Shown here one piece after another: positions 13,430 through 27,113 of a DNA stretch of 64,000 nucleotides. Numbering within the stretch: position 1 is the first letter of the stretch; every line of letters begins with the position of its first letter. Source of the DNA: Eledone cirrhosa. Taxonomy: Eukaryota. The stretch is from the NCBI GenBank assembly GCA_964016885.1, contig OZ024740.1, positions 72,292,001 to 72,356,000 of the forward strand, read 5' to 3'. Position numbers and translations under genes: made by a program. The notes below the pieces were generated by a model. It saw nothing but the letters and a program-made list of their open reading frames with translations. It did no database searches and was not told the origin of the DNA.

Positions 13430-13791
13430 TACTCTCGGGTCCCAAATAATAGGGGGAGGTGTTGGAATTAGCAGGGAGGGTGGACATTTGCTTAAATTCT
13501 TGTAAGTGGCAATGGGGGGGATTGGTAATTGTTTAGTGTACGTCCGTAAACATGGGATTTCTTGTAATGTTCTAGTTTTGTCATATATAATGATTTTTTA
13601 ATGTAAATGCTGGCCTTGTGCCAAATGTAGAAACAATTATTAGATTCTCCAGTTGGTGTATCAATATGAATCATTTACAATAAAATTTTGCAGGAGATAG
13701 ATTAGCAAAATTTAATAAGCAGAGGGTTGGAAAAAATCTGAAAAATTAATAAGATGGAGGGGGATGGGTGATTATTCTTGACCTGAGAGTA
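13430..13791. mobile_element. Putative TA-flanked MITE (Tc1/mariner-pogo type termini)
   Basis: tactctcgggtcccaaataat ... attattcttgacctgagagta form an imperfect ~21-bp TIR. Confidence 0.5.
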
Positions 13792-13859
13792 AGTGATATA
13801 ATTAGTAGTGGAGAGGCTTGCTTTGAGAATATAATAGCTAGAATAAGATTAAGATGGAT

Positions 13860-14400
13860 AAAGTCCAGAGAGTGACTACTTCTGTTGACAACAAAAGGTT
13901 TCTCCCTATGAAAGAAAATCCAACTGTGTGTTGCCTGTGTGTGAAGTGTGATGTTGCATAGCAGTTAGACATGGTCAGGAAATACAAAGGATATGCGAAG
14001 ACTGGAGAGAAATGAAGCAATCATGCTTTAATGGATGTGCAATGTTAATGTGTGTGAACAACAAAGCATGGATGAACTGAGAGAGAAACTTGGTATAAGA
14101 GGAATCAGATGTAGTGTGCAAGTGAGAAGACTGCACTGGTATGGACATGTGATGCATAAGGATGATGATTGTTAAGTAAAGAAATGCCAAGAATTCCTAG
14201 TGGAGGGAAATCGCAGTAGAGGAAGACCTGGGCAGAGTTGTGAGAACTGATCTCAAATCACTGAAGCTGACAGAGGAGATGATGAAGGAACACAACAACT
14301 GGAGAGATGCTGTTCTGAAAAGGACCCATCAAACCCACGTGAGTGCTAAAAAACTGGTGTAAAAGCAACGATGATGATGATAATCATGATAATCATGATA
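13860..14400 (+). mobile_element. Decayed RTE 3' fragment
   Basis: Homologous to the ERNEA..LHWYGHV..GRP region; (GAT)n tail. Confidence 0.75.
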
Positions 14401-16114
14401 TATATAAATAAAAATACCAGTCCAGTACTGAGGTTGATTCTTCCTCTATATCTCTTTCTCACTTCTTCTCTGGAAGAAATCAGCTGTGTTCCGACCTGGA
14501 GAGGGGATGAGCTCTACCAGGTTTAAAAAATGCCATATGTCACTATGGTGCCCCAACGACTCCATCAGGTGTTAAGAGTTAAAAAGAAAGAAATGACTTT
14601 CATTAAAGATAGGTGGTGGATTAGCGGTGACAATAAGGGCATCCAGCCATAGAAAACTTGTTAAATAAAGGGTTGGGTGAACCCTTCAGTTGTGTCAAGG
14701 ACCTGACAACCTCCCTAGTGTTGGTGATCTACATGATAAAAGCACTTAGTACATGCTGTAAAGTGGTTGGTGATAAGAAGGGCATCCAGATGTAGAAAGC
14801 TTGCTAAACAAAGGGTTGGGAGGACCCTTCAGTTGTGTCAAAGATTTGACAACCTCTCTTGTGCTGCTACACTCGGTAGAACCTGAGACCATATGTAAGT
14901 GAGATGCAGACCTCCAGCCTGTCTGGGAGGCAGTAACTCCACTTCAGTGTTGACTTTCTTTATGTAGACGTGTTAGGAGACATTAAACAATGATGATGAT
15001 TAGAACATTGGATAAATGCTTTGCATTATTAATTTTTGCTCTTTGCATTGTAAGTTCAAATCCTACTGAAGTAAACTTTACTCTTTCGTCCTTCTCTCTT
15101 TCTGTGTTCAAACTTGGTGAAATAATGAGTTCTGTCAAGTTTTAAAAAATGACCACAATATATTGTATGTCACAATGATGCCCCTATGACTTCATCAAGA
15201 GTTACAAGTCCAACAACACAACTCCATTAAAGATATAAATATGAAATAGTGAGATGTCTAGCTCTCAACTTCATTTAACTCTTCCCACCTTTAACATTTC
15301 AATATTGGTCAAGGATAAAAAAAACTGCAACCGTTGCTATGACAACTATACATAGACATACTTATCTCAATTAGTTAATAATCCTACTTCTATTTCTTCT
15401 TCTCTATTGTTTTTCCCAACAGAATATTCTAGAAACTGATTAGATGATTCCCTTGTTTATATCATAGCGACAAACTTACATTCCTGTCTTGTTAATGTAG
15501 TGATCACTAATTTAAGCACAAGGCCAGCAATTTTGAGAGGAGGGAGAAAGTTGATTATATGGACCTCAAAGCATGACTGGTACTTTATTTTATTGACCCT
15601 GGAAGGATGAAAAGCAAAGTTGAGGTCATCTTTGCCTTTCATCTTTTCAAGGTTGACAACAAAAGTACAAGTGTAGTACTGGGGTTGATACCCCCCCCTC
15701 TCTCTCTCTCTCTCCCTCTTTCTTCCCATTTCTAGAAGAAATCAGCTGTGTTCAAACCAGGGGAGGGGATGAAATTGGACTGGTTTATGTATGGCACTGC
15801 AGTGCTCCTACAACTCCATCGGGAGTTATAGGTTCATACATACAAAAGGAGGGCAACATGAATGGACCTGTTATTTTTCTCTAAAAAAATGTTTTCTGTT
15901 TCTGCTTAGCCCATCCCCTCAATGTTTCTGTTTCTTCTTTAATTTCTCATTCTATTTTCTGATAAGGACTAACATCTGAAACATTAAGATTCTTTTCCTA
16001 TCATATCAAGTGTAAAACTAATAATATATTTATTCATTGTACTGTGTTGTTTGGTTTGTTATTTCTGTTTGCCCTTTGCATTCATACATCCATCCATCCA
16101 CCCATACATACATA

Positions 16115-16806
16115 CATGGTGGCTGCCAACTCGTTTTCGAGTACGGCCACTACTTTATATCCATGTAGGAGAATCCCTACCGATGCGCTGAACGAGTATG
16201 ACTTTTTAGTCCAGCCAGCGACTTGAAAACTCTGGTACAAACACTACACCTGTGACAATTACTGACACATAGTGCTGGGCCCATGGTACCATGTGATGAC
16301 AAGTGTAGAGAGATCTCCAGATATAAAGCAATGCCTGTGCCGTGAAGCTTTTATAGTGAGCAAAGGCACTGCACAAAGCCAGTCCCACTCTCTTAACCAA
16401 GATGATATTTACCAAAAAGAAGAACAAGTCAACATCATTGGATACCATCAGGGTTGCAGGTGTTATATCAGAGTTTTCCTTCTCCTAGAATTCTGCCTTG
16501 ACAAAGGCTAAGGAGTCATCTCTCCCGGTGATTTTGGATGGCCATTGACTCTTAAGAGCTCTTTTGCCCTTTGACAGGTTTTGTTTTTAGTCCTGCAGGA
16601 TGTCCAAAGTCACCCTCCTCACCAAGAAACCTTGGTGCTGTCACATGGTCGGGTCGTTGGCGACTAAACATACATACATACATAAATGATGGCTGCAACT
16701 CAATTTTGAAAGCTTGGTGAGGTTGCCGGTTTAGTCGCCGGTGGCCCGACCATGCACAGGTTGTCCTGGGTTACATGTTACCAGTAGCGCTGAAGAGTGA
16801 CCTGAC
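16115..16806 (-). mobile_element. TACA-flanked RTE-derived family, two rearranged copies
   Basis: Start hairpin gtggctgccaactcgttttcgagtacggccac and shared internal blocks, separated by TACA runs. Confidence 0.55.
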
Positions 16807-16823
16807 ATACATACATACATGAC

Positions 16824-17652
16824 ATGATGACTCCCACTTCATTATCGAGTATGGCCATTGCACGATACACCATTATTAATAATTATTAATTAATTCTATC
16901 ATGGCGGTGAATTCTATCAGGGCGGTGAATTGGCAGTATCAGTAGAGGGTCGGACGACATGCTTTCCAGCATAGTTACATCCCTTTACGGTCTGAGTTCA
17001 AATCCCGTCGAGGTTAACTTTGCCTTTCATCCTTACAGGGTCGATAAAATAAAGTACCAGTAATGAACTGGTTAATTGCTGGCCTTGTGCCAAAAGTAGA
17101 AACAATTAATTAATTCTACCATGCAATGCCTGTGTGTGAAGATATTTTTTAAAGTGATCCAATCCCACTCTCTGAGCGACAGTAGCTATAACCCGAAAAG
17201 AAGAAAAGATCAACATCATCGGTAACTACTGAGCCGCATGTTTTATGTAGGAGTTATCCCAGTTTCCTGAGTTGCCTTCTCCTAGAAGAATGCCCTGACA
17301 AAGACTAGGAGTCCTTCACTCCCAGTGGTTTAACGGCGCGATCGGGTGTCCAGCCCGACTATTTCTATGTCCCTGCGCATATACATACACATGCACCCAT
17401 GCATATACACATATACATATACATACATATGTACATGTGTATATACATATTTAAACACTTTTGGATGGCCGTTGACTCTTATGAGTTCTTCCGCCCTTTG
17501 TCAGGTTTTGTTTTTTGTCCTGCAGAGTGTCCAAAATCACCCTCCTCACCAAGTAAACTAAGTGGGGTTGCCAGTTTAGTCGCCGACGACACGACCATGC
17601 GACAGGTTGTACTGGGTTACATGTTACCAGTAGCACTCAAGAGTGACCCGAC
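16824..17652 (-). mobile_element. TACA-flanked RTE-derived family copy with nested SINE (~16903-17104)
   Basis: Matches 4838-5450 except for a SINE flanked by duplicated attaattaattcta(t/c)catg. Confidence 0.7.
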
Positions 17653-17687
17653 ATACATACATACATATTTTCTTCCAGAGAATACAC

Positions 17688-17915
17688 TACTGTAACAGGT
17701 AAAGAGGAGATCAATATCAAGGTAAAGTGACAAGTGAAGACAAAATCAATAAATCTCCTGTTAACTGTGACAGGTAAAGTGGAGATCAATAAACCTCCTG
17801 TTACTCTGACAGGTAAAGAGAGGCTGAATAAACCTTATGCTGTTGTGACAAGTAAAGTGGAGATCAATACACCTGCTGTTACTGTGACAGGTAAAGAGAG
17901 GATCAATATTGAGGT
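17688..17915. repeat. ~39-bp degenerate minisatellite
   Basis: ctgtgacaggtaaagtggagatcaataaacctcctgtta-like unit repeated. Confidence 0.8.
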
Positions 17916-17919
17916 AAAC

Positions 17920-18262
17920 TATGAAGGAGGAAGGGAGAGGGTGAAGGGGGGAAAGGGGGTGAAGGAAGGGATGGTGGAAGGAAGGGAAAAAGGGTGAAGA
18001 ATGAAGGGAGGGGGGAAGGAAGGGAAGGAGGAAGAACGGAAGGAAGGATGGATGGAAAGAAGGAAGGAAGGAAGGATGGATGGATGGAAAGAAGGAAGTA
18101 AGGAAGGAAAGGAGGGAGGAAGGGAGGGAAGGAGAGAAGGGGGAAGGAAGGAAAGAAGGAAGGAGAGGAAAAGGGAAAGGAAGAGGAAGGAAGGGAGTGA
18201 GGGAGAAAGGGAGGAAAGAAGGAAGGAGAGGAAAAGAGAAAGGAAGAGGAAGGAAGGGAGGA
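17920..18262. repeat. Polypurine (GGAA/GA-rich) tract
   Basis: Directly visible. Confidence 0.9.
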
Positions 18263-18427
18263 ATCTGAATGTAATTAGTTGACTAAATGTCAGCAGGGTT
18301 AGAGGTTATGTTCAGATTAGAACAAATTACAACAGCAATGACTCGTTATATGTCAATATTTAATTATTCATTAATCACCAATAGATATTCAAATATATGA
18401 AGATTATTTCATTTCAATCTGATTATA

Positions 18428-18800
18428 TAATTGTTTCTACTTTTGGCACAAGGCCAGCAAATACTCCAGCGTATTACTGGTACTTTATTTTATCAACCCT
18501 GTTAACCTCAGCAGGATTTGAAATCAGAACGTAAAGGGTCATAACTCTATGCTGCAAAGCATGGTGTCTGATACTCTACCGATACTGCCAATCCACCACC
18601 CACTAATAATAATTGTTTCTACTTTGGGCACAAGGCCAGAAATTACCCGAGTGCATTACTGGTACTTTATTTTATCGACCCTGTAAGAATGAAAGGCAAA
18701 GCTAACCTCAGCAGAATTTGAACTCGGAACGTAAAGAGCCATAACTCTATGCTGCAAAGCATGGTGTCTGGCACTACCTATACTACTAATCCACCATCAA
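18428..18800 (-). mobile_element. Two tandem tRNA-derived SINEs
   Basis: Reverse complements of the 6363/16920 SINE. Further copies at 21335-21505, 42750-42840, 46990-47097 and 50375-50560. Confidence 0.75.
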
Positions 18801-19210
18801 TCTGATTATATAATGTTTGCAATGAAAAAGAAGAAAATATAAATTGAAAAAGATTTTAATAGTGAAAATAAAGGAAGTGGGGGGAACGTAGTGGAAGACT
18901 CTACACCCCTCCCCTCCCTGGTGTTGGTGGTATTTCTCTGTAACATTACCTCTTGCGGTTTTCTGCCTCTCTCTCTCTTTCTGGGGGGAGGATGCACAAG
19001 AGATAGAAAGAGTAGTTACTAGGGTGCCACAGTGAGGGTATCTTCAGGATTTAGAGTGGGGAGTAGCTAAGAAGTGGGTAATGGAGGGGTCATGGGTGGG
19101 GAGTGCAGAGGTGGTGATCAGCTGCTGGCAAGTGTTAGTGGGAGGAAGGAGACACACATGGATGGTATTGTAGGCTTCTGGCCCAGGTCTTCATCATCAC
19201 AGTATATATA

Positions 19211-20514
19211 CAGGGTGCGGACGATATTTGTTCGCAATTTTCAATTGCTAATTTTATGCAAATTTTTTTTACTTCCGTTGTCACTCTTGTCTTCATAAAA
19301 ACAGAATAATTGATTATAATAATTTTCAGAATAATTGATTATGAATAATTTTGAACCTCCAAATTTGTGGAAGAAACACGGAGTTCTTCTTGGAATCTGC
19401 GCCGGGAGGACAAATATGGAAATTTCAGACTTTCTCAGCGTCAGCAGGAGAATGGTGGAAAAGGTCAGAAAGGAATTGGAAGATTCAGAATTCTTCTACG
19501 AAGCAACATCAGAGAGGAAAACACATGATCGACGATCTGACGCCTGCAGAACGCCCGAGTTCGTCGCTGAAGTTCAGGATATCATCAACAATGAACCTAG
19601 CAAGTCGATGTGTGCCATTGCAAGGGAGAACGGCGTGGATGAAAAGCTCATTAGGCTGGTGGTACATGAAGACATTCACTACGTTTCATACAAGATGAGG
19701 AAAGGACAATTTCTGTCAAAGACCATGCAAGAAAAGTGACTGAAGCACGCAAAGAAGCTGATCAACAAGTTGAAACACCCACTGGAGCCAGACATGCTGT
19801 GGTTTTTCTCCGACGAGAAAAACTTCTGCCAAGACCAGAAGATCAACTCCCAGAACAACAGGTGGCTCGCTGTCTCATCCAAAGACGTCCCCAAAGTCAT
19901 GCAGACAAAGTTTCCAGCGACAACATTGGTCTTAGGTGTCGTCAGCAGTCAAGGTGACGTCATGCCACCTCACTTCTTCCCTGAGGGCCTCAAGCTGAAC
20001 ACCGATGGCTACATCTGCGTTCTGAGCAAGGTAGTAAAGCCCTGGATCGACCAGGTAGATGCAGGTAGGCCGTACGTGTGGCAGCAAGACTCAGCGCCCT
20101 GCCATACCAGCCGAAAGACCCAAGCCTGGCTGTCAGAGAACTTCGTCGACCATACTTCACCTGACATCTGGCCTCCCAGCTCGCCTGACTGCAACCCCCT
20201 CGACTTCTTTGTGTGGGGCGCAATGGAACGAGACACCAACAGATCTAGCTGCAATACGAAAGACGATCTGAAGGCCAGGATCACAAGTGCCTTTAGAGGC
20301 CTAAGTCGGGGGACAGTGACGAAGGCCTGTAGCCGGTTCCGAGGCCACCTAAAGGCCATCATCAAAACCAATGGTGGGTTTATTGGGTGAGATCGAAAGA
20401 ACAAGTCATGAAGACAAACTGACCCAAGTTTGATAAATATATCTTAAAAAATAAAACTACTGTGTTATTTTTTCCTAGACAGTAATCTTGCGAACAGATA
20501 TCGTCCGCACCCTG
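19211..20514 (+). mobile_element. Complete Tc1/mariner transposon, DD37D (maT) family, single in-frame stop
   Basis: TIRs cagggtgcggacgatat(t/c)tgttcgcaa with TA flanks. ORFs 19335-19739 and 19770-20390 are in frame, separated by TGA at 19737. Motifs FSDEK, QQDSAPCH, WPPSSPDCNPLD, with 37 aa between the 2nd and 3rd D. Confidence 0.93.
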
Positions 20515-21766
20515 TATATATATATATATATATAGTATTTTCCGTAGTGTTGTAATATGAATATAGGTGCGAATATGCTATAATGAATGTGTCTAAAAGC
20601 GACCATATGTATGTATATATATGTGAAAATGTATATAAATAAGTAAATATATATGTTTGATGTGTATAGTTAGATGTATGTGTATTCATGTATTAAAGTG
20701 TTTATATATATATATATATACACATAGACAGGAGTATGTATGTATATATGTGTGTGTCTATACGTGTGTATATGAAGATAAGTTGAGTATGAAAATGTAT
20801 ACACATGAATGCGTATGTATGTACATATATATATGTATATATATATCTATATATATGTATATATATATATGTGCATGTATATATGTATGTAAGTATGAGC
20901 ATGTAAGTATGTGTATGTGAGTGTATGTATTTTGTAGAGGTGTGCATATATGTTTGTGTGTGAATGCGTGGACGAAAGGATACGTACACTTGAAAGAAAA
21001 ATTTAAGCCTGTATGTTAATTAAGTGCAAACACAAAACCAACCATGCATATCTTTACTATCTCTAATCCTTCTATAGATTTAGAAAAATAACCAACGCCA
21101 AATAATGTATTCTATAAAAATGTCAAAACAACAGATGGGAATCTAATTACTCACTGCTACCAAAATTTCTCACTGCTATCAAAAAAATCTCTATCCACTC
21201 CCTTAACTATTCTTCTAACAACTTCACCCCTCCCTCTTAATATTCTCTATGAAAACCAAACAGGTTCTCAATAAAATTATTCTGATGAAATGATAGTTGA
21301 TAATAACAATGAAATATTGAGTGTCTGCATAATTAATTGTTTCTACTTTAGGCACAAGGCCAGCAATTACCCAGTGCATTACTGGTACTTTATTTTATCG
21401 ACCCCGTAAGGATGAAAGGCAAAGTCAACCTCGGCGGGATTTGAACTCAGATCGTAAAGGGACGTAACTATGCGTCAAAGCATGGCGTCCGTCTCTCTAC
21501 CGATAATACTTTGTAGATAGCAGCTGTTTTCAGGTTATGTAACTGTTATTGAAACACATGTCAATAAATTCCTTTTAACTGAACTGTATCCATTTAAATC
21601 CTTCTATATATATATATATATATATTTAAAAGTTAAACAAGGTTCAATGAATACATCAAAGAATGAGTTTTATAATAGATTGGAAACACTCAACAAAAAA
21701 AGGTTTTCCAGAGTTATTAATATTAATTCAAAATATTAACAAAATAGATATTCTGGTGATCAATTA

Positions 21767-21831
21767 TATTTTATTATACATATTTCAGAGGTACTGAGTT
21801 AAGTTCAACAGTACGTCCTCATCAAATAAAA
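21767..21831 (-). ncRNA. Hammerhead motif (core C3->U variant)
   Basis: Reverse complement of 21886-21952 but with core TTGATGA. Confidence 0.55.
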
Positions 21832-21885
21832 CATGACTAAATCTTAACCATCTACTTACTATGTCAGGGTATGTCATGTATCATT

Positions 21886-21952
21886 TATTTTATCTGATGA
21901 GGACGTACTGTTGAACTTAACTCAGTACCTCTGAAATATGTATAATAAAATA
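21886..21952 (+). ncRNA. Minimal type I hammerhead ribozyme
   Basis: tattttat-CTGATGA-ggacgtactg..cagtacctct-GAAA-tatgta-TA-ataaaata. 8-bp stem I, long stem II, near-palindromic stem III, AUA triplet. Confidence 0.8.
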
Positions 21953-21992
21953 TAATTGATCACAAGAATATCTATTTTGTTAATATTTTGAA

Positions 21993-22143
<151 letters not shown>

Positions 22144-22185
22144 TTAATTAGAAAGTGAACAACACAATATATAACTACTCCATTA

Positions 22186-22244
22186 CCAAACGTTTCAGGA
22201 CCCTAGACAATATTAACATACGGCTAGTTCGTTCATCAGCTCTG
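22186..22244 (-). ncRNA. Partial hammerhead motif
   Basis: Minus strand CTGATGA-acgaactag...ctagggtcct-GAAACGTT; stem I partner not found. Confidence 0.3.
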
Positions 22245-22351
22245 TTCTATACATAGAGCACTCTTTTTTCTTTGGCTTTTGCTTCGGATATACTTAACAA
22301 ATATATATATATCTGTGTGTGTATATGTGTGTGTGTATATATATGTGTGTG

Positions 22352-22384
<33 letters not shown>

Positions 22385-22385
22385 A

Positions 22386-22415
<30 letters not shown>

Positions 22416-22416
<1 letters not shown>

Positions 22417-22768
22417 CATCATCATCATCATCATCATCATCATTTTACGTCCGCTTTTCCCTGCTTGCAAGGGTGGGACGGGTCTTATTCAGCACAGCAT
22501 CTCTCCACTCGTCGCAGTCCTTCATCATCTCCACCGTGAGCTTCATTGATCTGAGGTCTGTTCTCACCACCTCCGTCCATGTTTTTCGTGGTCTACCTCT
22601 ACCAGATCTTCCTTTAACTGGCATTTCCTGGCACTCCTTCACCCATTGGTCATCCTCCATGCACATCACATGTCCACACCACCTCAGTCTCCTCTCCCGT
22701 ACACTACATTCTATCCCTCTCAGACACAGTTTCTCTCTCAACACATTTATGCTGGGTCGTTCACTGAG
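22416..22768 (-). mobile_element. RTE 3' fragment
   Basis: ERRLRWCGHV...GRGRPRKTW and (GAT)n tail. Confidence 0.85.
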
Positions 22769-22790
22769 ATATATATATATATACATATAT

Positions 22791-22821
<31 letters not shown>

Positions 22822-22916
22822 CACACACATTCAACAAAGGACACTGCCCACAACAAGACAATCCGTCTAACCCATGCTAGCGTGGAAGAACGGACGTAAA
22901 ACGGTGATGATGATGA

Positions 22917-22995
<79 letters not shown>

Positions 22996-23092
22996 TAAAA
23001 ACGAAAAGAAAATGCTAACAAATTTTTCCCAGTGAAAAATAGTTTAATTAGAAATAAGTATAAATTAGTAATAAGTATTGGTTAGTATTCAG

Positions 23093-23184
<92 letters not shown>

Positions 23185-23319
23185 TTCTCTTGGAAGAAAT
23201 CTGCTGTATTCAAACCTGGAGAAGAATGGGCTCCGCCAGGCTTTAAAATGCCCAAGAAATGCTGTATGTCAATATGGCACCCCTACAACTCTATCAAGAG
23301 TTACAGGACCAGACATACA

Positions 23320-23330
23320 TATCATCATCC

Positions 23331-23361
<31 letters not shown>

Positions 23362-23705
23362 TTTATGTCCGCTTTTCCCTGCTAGCAAGAGTGAGACAGG
23401 TCTTATTAAGCATGGCATCTCTACATTCATCACAGTCCTTCGTCATCTGCTCCGTGAGCTTCAGCGATCTGTCTGCTCTCACCACCTCCACCCATGTTTT
23501 TTGTGATCTTCTTCGACTGCGTCTTCCTTCTACTTGGATTTTTTGGCACTTCTTTACCCAGTGGTCATCCTCCCTGCTCATCACATGTCCATACCAACGC
23601 AGTCTTCTCTCCCGCACACTACAACCTATCCCTCTTATACACAGTTTCTCTCACAACTCGTCTATGCTTGGTCGTTCACGCACATTGACATTGCATATCC
23701 AACGT
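23320..23705 (-). mobile_element. RTE 3' fragment
   Basis: RERRLRWYGHVM...QKTW and (GAT)n tail. Confidence 0.85.
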
Positions 23706-25193
23706 ATATATGCAAAAAGCAAACAGAAATAACAAAGCAAACAACACAGTACAATCAAGAAATATATTATTAGTTTTACCCTTGATATAGTAGGAAAAGA
23801 TCCTATATATGTGTGTGTGTGTGTGTGTGTGTATGTGTTCAGTAAAAAATTTGTAAAAGATTTGTTTATCCGTGTGAGCTGGGATGCCACTTTGGAAAAA
23901 ACAAGAGTAAGCAGGAGAAAGCTCTCTACATTCGTATTTTGATGGAGATTCAATATATGAATAATATTAAGAAAGATGCTGTGATTACATTAAGCATTTA
24001 TTCATTATAATTATTTCTATGGCAACCCTTATGAAATCTAAGATGCAGTATTTGCATTTTATTGTTAGTATGGGAGTGATTTCCTCATATGAATTCCCAT
24101 TTATGTGATATGCTACAGGCAAAACATGTTCGTCTTCTTGCGTGCCTGACAAGAATATAAGTCCCTAAAAGGATCCTTCCAACTATTGTGATTACAATTT
24201 GTGGAGTGAGGCAGGATTGATGTATCAATTAGCAATCCTGACTTTCACAACTGTCTTTAGTCCCAAGATTGTAAATTATCAAAATGTTATCTTTCTCTTT
24301 TTACTGGGAAAGCGAATCCTTACAACTAGGGATACCTAAGATACTGACTGTTCTTTGAACTGCCGGCATCATACTACAATACACACCATCTCTAAAACTC
24401 TCCTTACTCTATAATGTCAAATAAATTTTTAACCAAAATTGGAATGATTAACCGGTTGACTGTTGCGTATATTTTACATACCTGCAGTTGCTGTGCCGTT
24501 TTGGGTTTTTTTTTCAGTAAAATGACTTTTTTTTTAACAAACATTTATTAACAACACATATCTGAATGATTGATAAATGTCACATCAATAAACTAGTAAC
24601 TCCATCTAGCTTAGAAGTTATGAACTGTTGAAAACGAGTAAATAACTTTGAAGTTATGAACTGTTGGAAAAGAGTTCAAATATGTTAGGACGAGTTATCT
24701 TGTCCGGGGCACTGGAATGCATACATATTAGGACGAGTTATTTCATCTACAGCATTGAAGAGGTTAAGGAGCTGAATAAAAATCAACCAAAAAGACTGAA
24801 TGAACGCACCCTGTCAAGTGATACTAGTTAGAGTCTTATACTGAATCTATATGTCAGCTGAGCCTTGGAGGAATAACATCAAAGCCTGCCGAGGACATAT
24901 CACTAGTTGAACAAAAGATTACACAAGAACTGACTGATGGGATCGTATCTATTATATAATAGATACTACTGAAATATATATAACAGTAACAAAATAATTT
25001 TTAAAATGCCTTCATTAAAATATTAAAACTACGTGTTGTGTGGACCAGTATGATTACATCATAACTTGGGAAGTAAACTACATAGAGTGCTGAATCCTGT
25101 CTACATATTGGTGAGTTGATCAACAAGCACAACTTGAAAACCGACAATGGAATGGATTAACTAATACCAAAGAACCAAATTTCTATCTAATTA

Positions 25194-25648
25194 TCTATAT
25201 ACTACTAAAGCTGTAATTAAATATAGCCAAAATGGGGTATAATGGGAAAATACTTGGAAAGGAAGTTGTCCTTGAAATGGGAATACAAATGGAATAAAAC
25301 AAGGTACAAGGTTTTTCCGGGTACCTTCATAAGTAGAGAAAGAGAGAGATAGAGAGAAAGAGATAGTGGTTGTGAGAGAGTAGATTGAAAGTGAGACATA
25401 GAGAGAGAGAAGGAGACAGAAAAAGAAAATAGAAGAGAGAGAGAGCTAGTGGTGTTGTTGAATGAAATTATAACAGGTGACTTCAAAGAATCGAATACAG
25501 CATTACTGTATCTAACTCGAATTTGGTATTATATAACTTGTGTTAGGACAGGATGAGTGTAGCGAATATTTCCTGCTAAATAGGAAGTTTGTGTGTGTGT
25601 ATATGTGTGTGTGCCTGTGACCAGTGTATATAGGTCTCAGACACCCAC

Positions 25649-25731
<83 letters not shown>

Positions 25732-25863
25732 CCTTCCAATTTCATTTTACATTATATACATGTCTGCGTATATTTTAATTATTTAAAAATTATTTTTAAG
25801 TGAACATGATTTTTTTAAAATATTCTCAAGTGAACGTGACCCGTTGGGTCACGGGTGGTCAAG
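25194..25863 (+). mobile_element. Possible non-autonomous Helitron
   Basis: 5' A|TCTATATACTACTAAAG; 3' hairpin cgtgaccc-gtt-gggtcacg followed by ggtggtCAAG|T, where CTRR would be expected. Confidence 0.35.
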
Positions 25864-25894
25864 TATATACATGTGCATGAATATATATATAGAT

Positions 25895-26445
25895 ATCATC
25901 ATCATCATCATCATCGTTTTACATCCATTCTTCCATGCTAGCATGGGTTAGATGGTTGTCCTGTTGTGGGCAGTGTCCAGTCGGCTGACCATGTCTTTTT
26001 CATACGGGAACTGATTCTGGCTTGATTTCTACAGCTGCATGCCCTTCCTAACACCAACCTCATTTACAGTGAGTGCTGGGTGCTTTTTTTCTGTGGTCCC
26101 TACACGTCCACTTTACAGTGTGGGCTGGGTGCTTTTTTGCCGTGGCACCTCTACGACCACTTTGCAGTGGGAGGGGGTGGTGGCATATTGTCTAAATGTT
26201 TCAGCTTCGGCTTGTACCCGTGGGAATTCGGGTCTTCTGTATTACTACGTGACGCCAGAGGTCACAGTCCTGTGTCATTGCCTTTGAGAGGTGTAATTGG
26301 GTAAAGTCAGCTTTTATCATCTCATCCCAGGTCTTCTTGGGTCTCACCACTCCACGGCTTCCATCGACTTCTAGTACTCTGCACCTTTTTATGCAGCTGT
26401 CATCCTTCATACGAGTCACTTGTCCTCATACGCATCACATGTCCA
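25895..26445 (-). mobile_element. RTE 3' fragment
   Basis: [10 protein letters not shown]...RPKKTWDE plus 3'UTR and (GAT)n. Confidence 0.85.
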
Positions 26446-26458
26446 TATATATATATAA

Positions 26459-26539
<81 letters not shown>

Positions 26540-26731
26540 GTACATACATATATGTATACAGATGTACAGTAGTATGTATATATATATACATACATGCACA
26601 CATATATATATGTACGTCTGGATTCACCGAACATTTATTATAATGCTCGGTGTGCTTGTAAACAAACATCCCGTATTAAGCCATAGTGTCCAGCAACCAT
26701 CGTTGCTCGTTTGTTCAACACTGACAAAGGA

Positions 26732-26774
26732 ACGCTGTACTAGTTTCAAGCTTATTAGCTATCGTCAGCAACGT
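26732..26774 (-). ncRNA. Minimal type I hammerhead ribozyme
   Basis: Exact reverse complement of 27114-27156. Confidence 0.85.
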
Positions 26775-27113
26775 ATACCTTCCTGCCAGATTGTTGAACG
26801 TATATACTTACCTTGTGCATATTAACGGCTGAGAAGCCCAATTTGCATATCGGGTGCACCGAAAACGATAAACGGAAAAAATGAAACAAAATTTCATTTC
26901 CCACTCTTAGTACGGCTGTTACTTAAATATAAGTATGTACACGTACATACATATATGTATACAGACGTACAGTAGTATGTATATATATATATACATACAT
27001 GCACACATATATATATGTGCGTATGGATTCACCGAACATTTGCAGATTGGGCTTCTCAGCCGTTAATATGCACAAGGTAAGTATATACGTTCAACAATCT
27101 GGCAGGAGGGTAT

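Noticed and set aside
17560-17652. HDV-like or twister ribozyme in the TACA-family end (minus strand ...cgaCTAAactgg)
   Set aside because: P2/P4/J4-2-like pieces are present, but no P1 pairing in the required order, and twister consensus positions do not fit.
18001-18282. K/E/G/R-rich ORF
   Set aside because: Polypurine low-complexity tract.
26826-26870. ctgagaag...gaaaacg as an additional hammerhead
   Set aside because: Core is not CUGANGA and there is no stem I.
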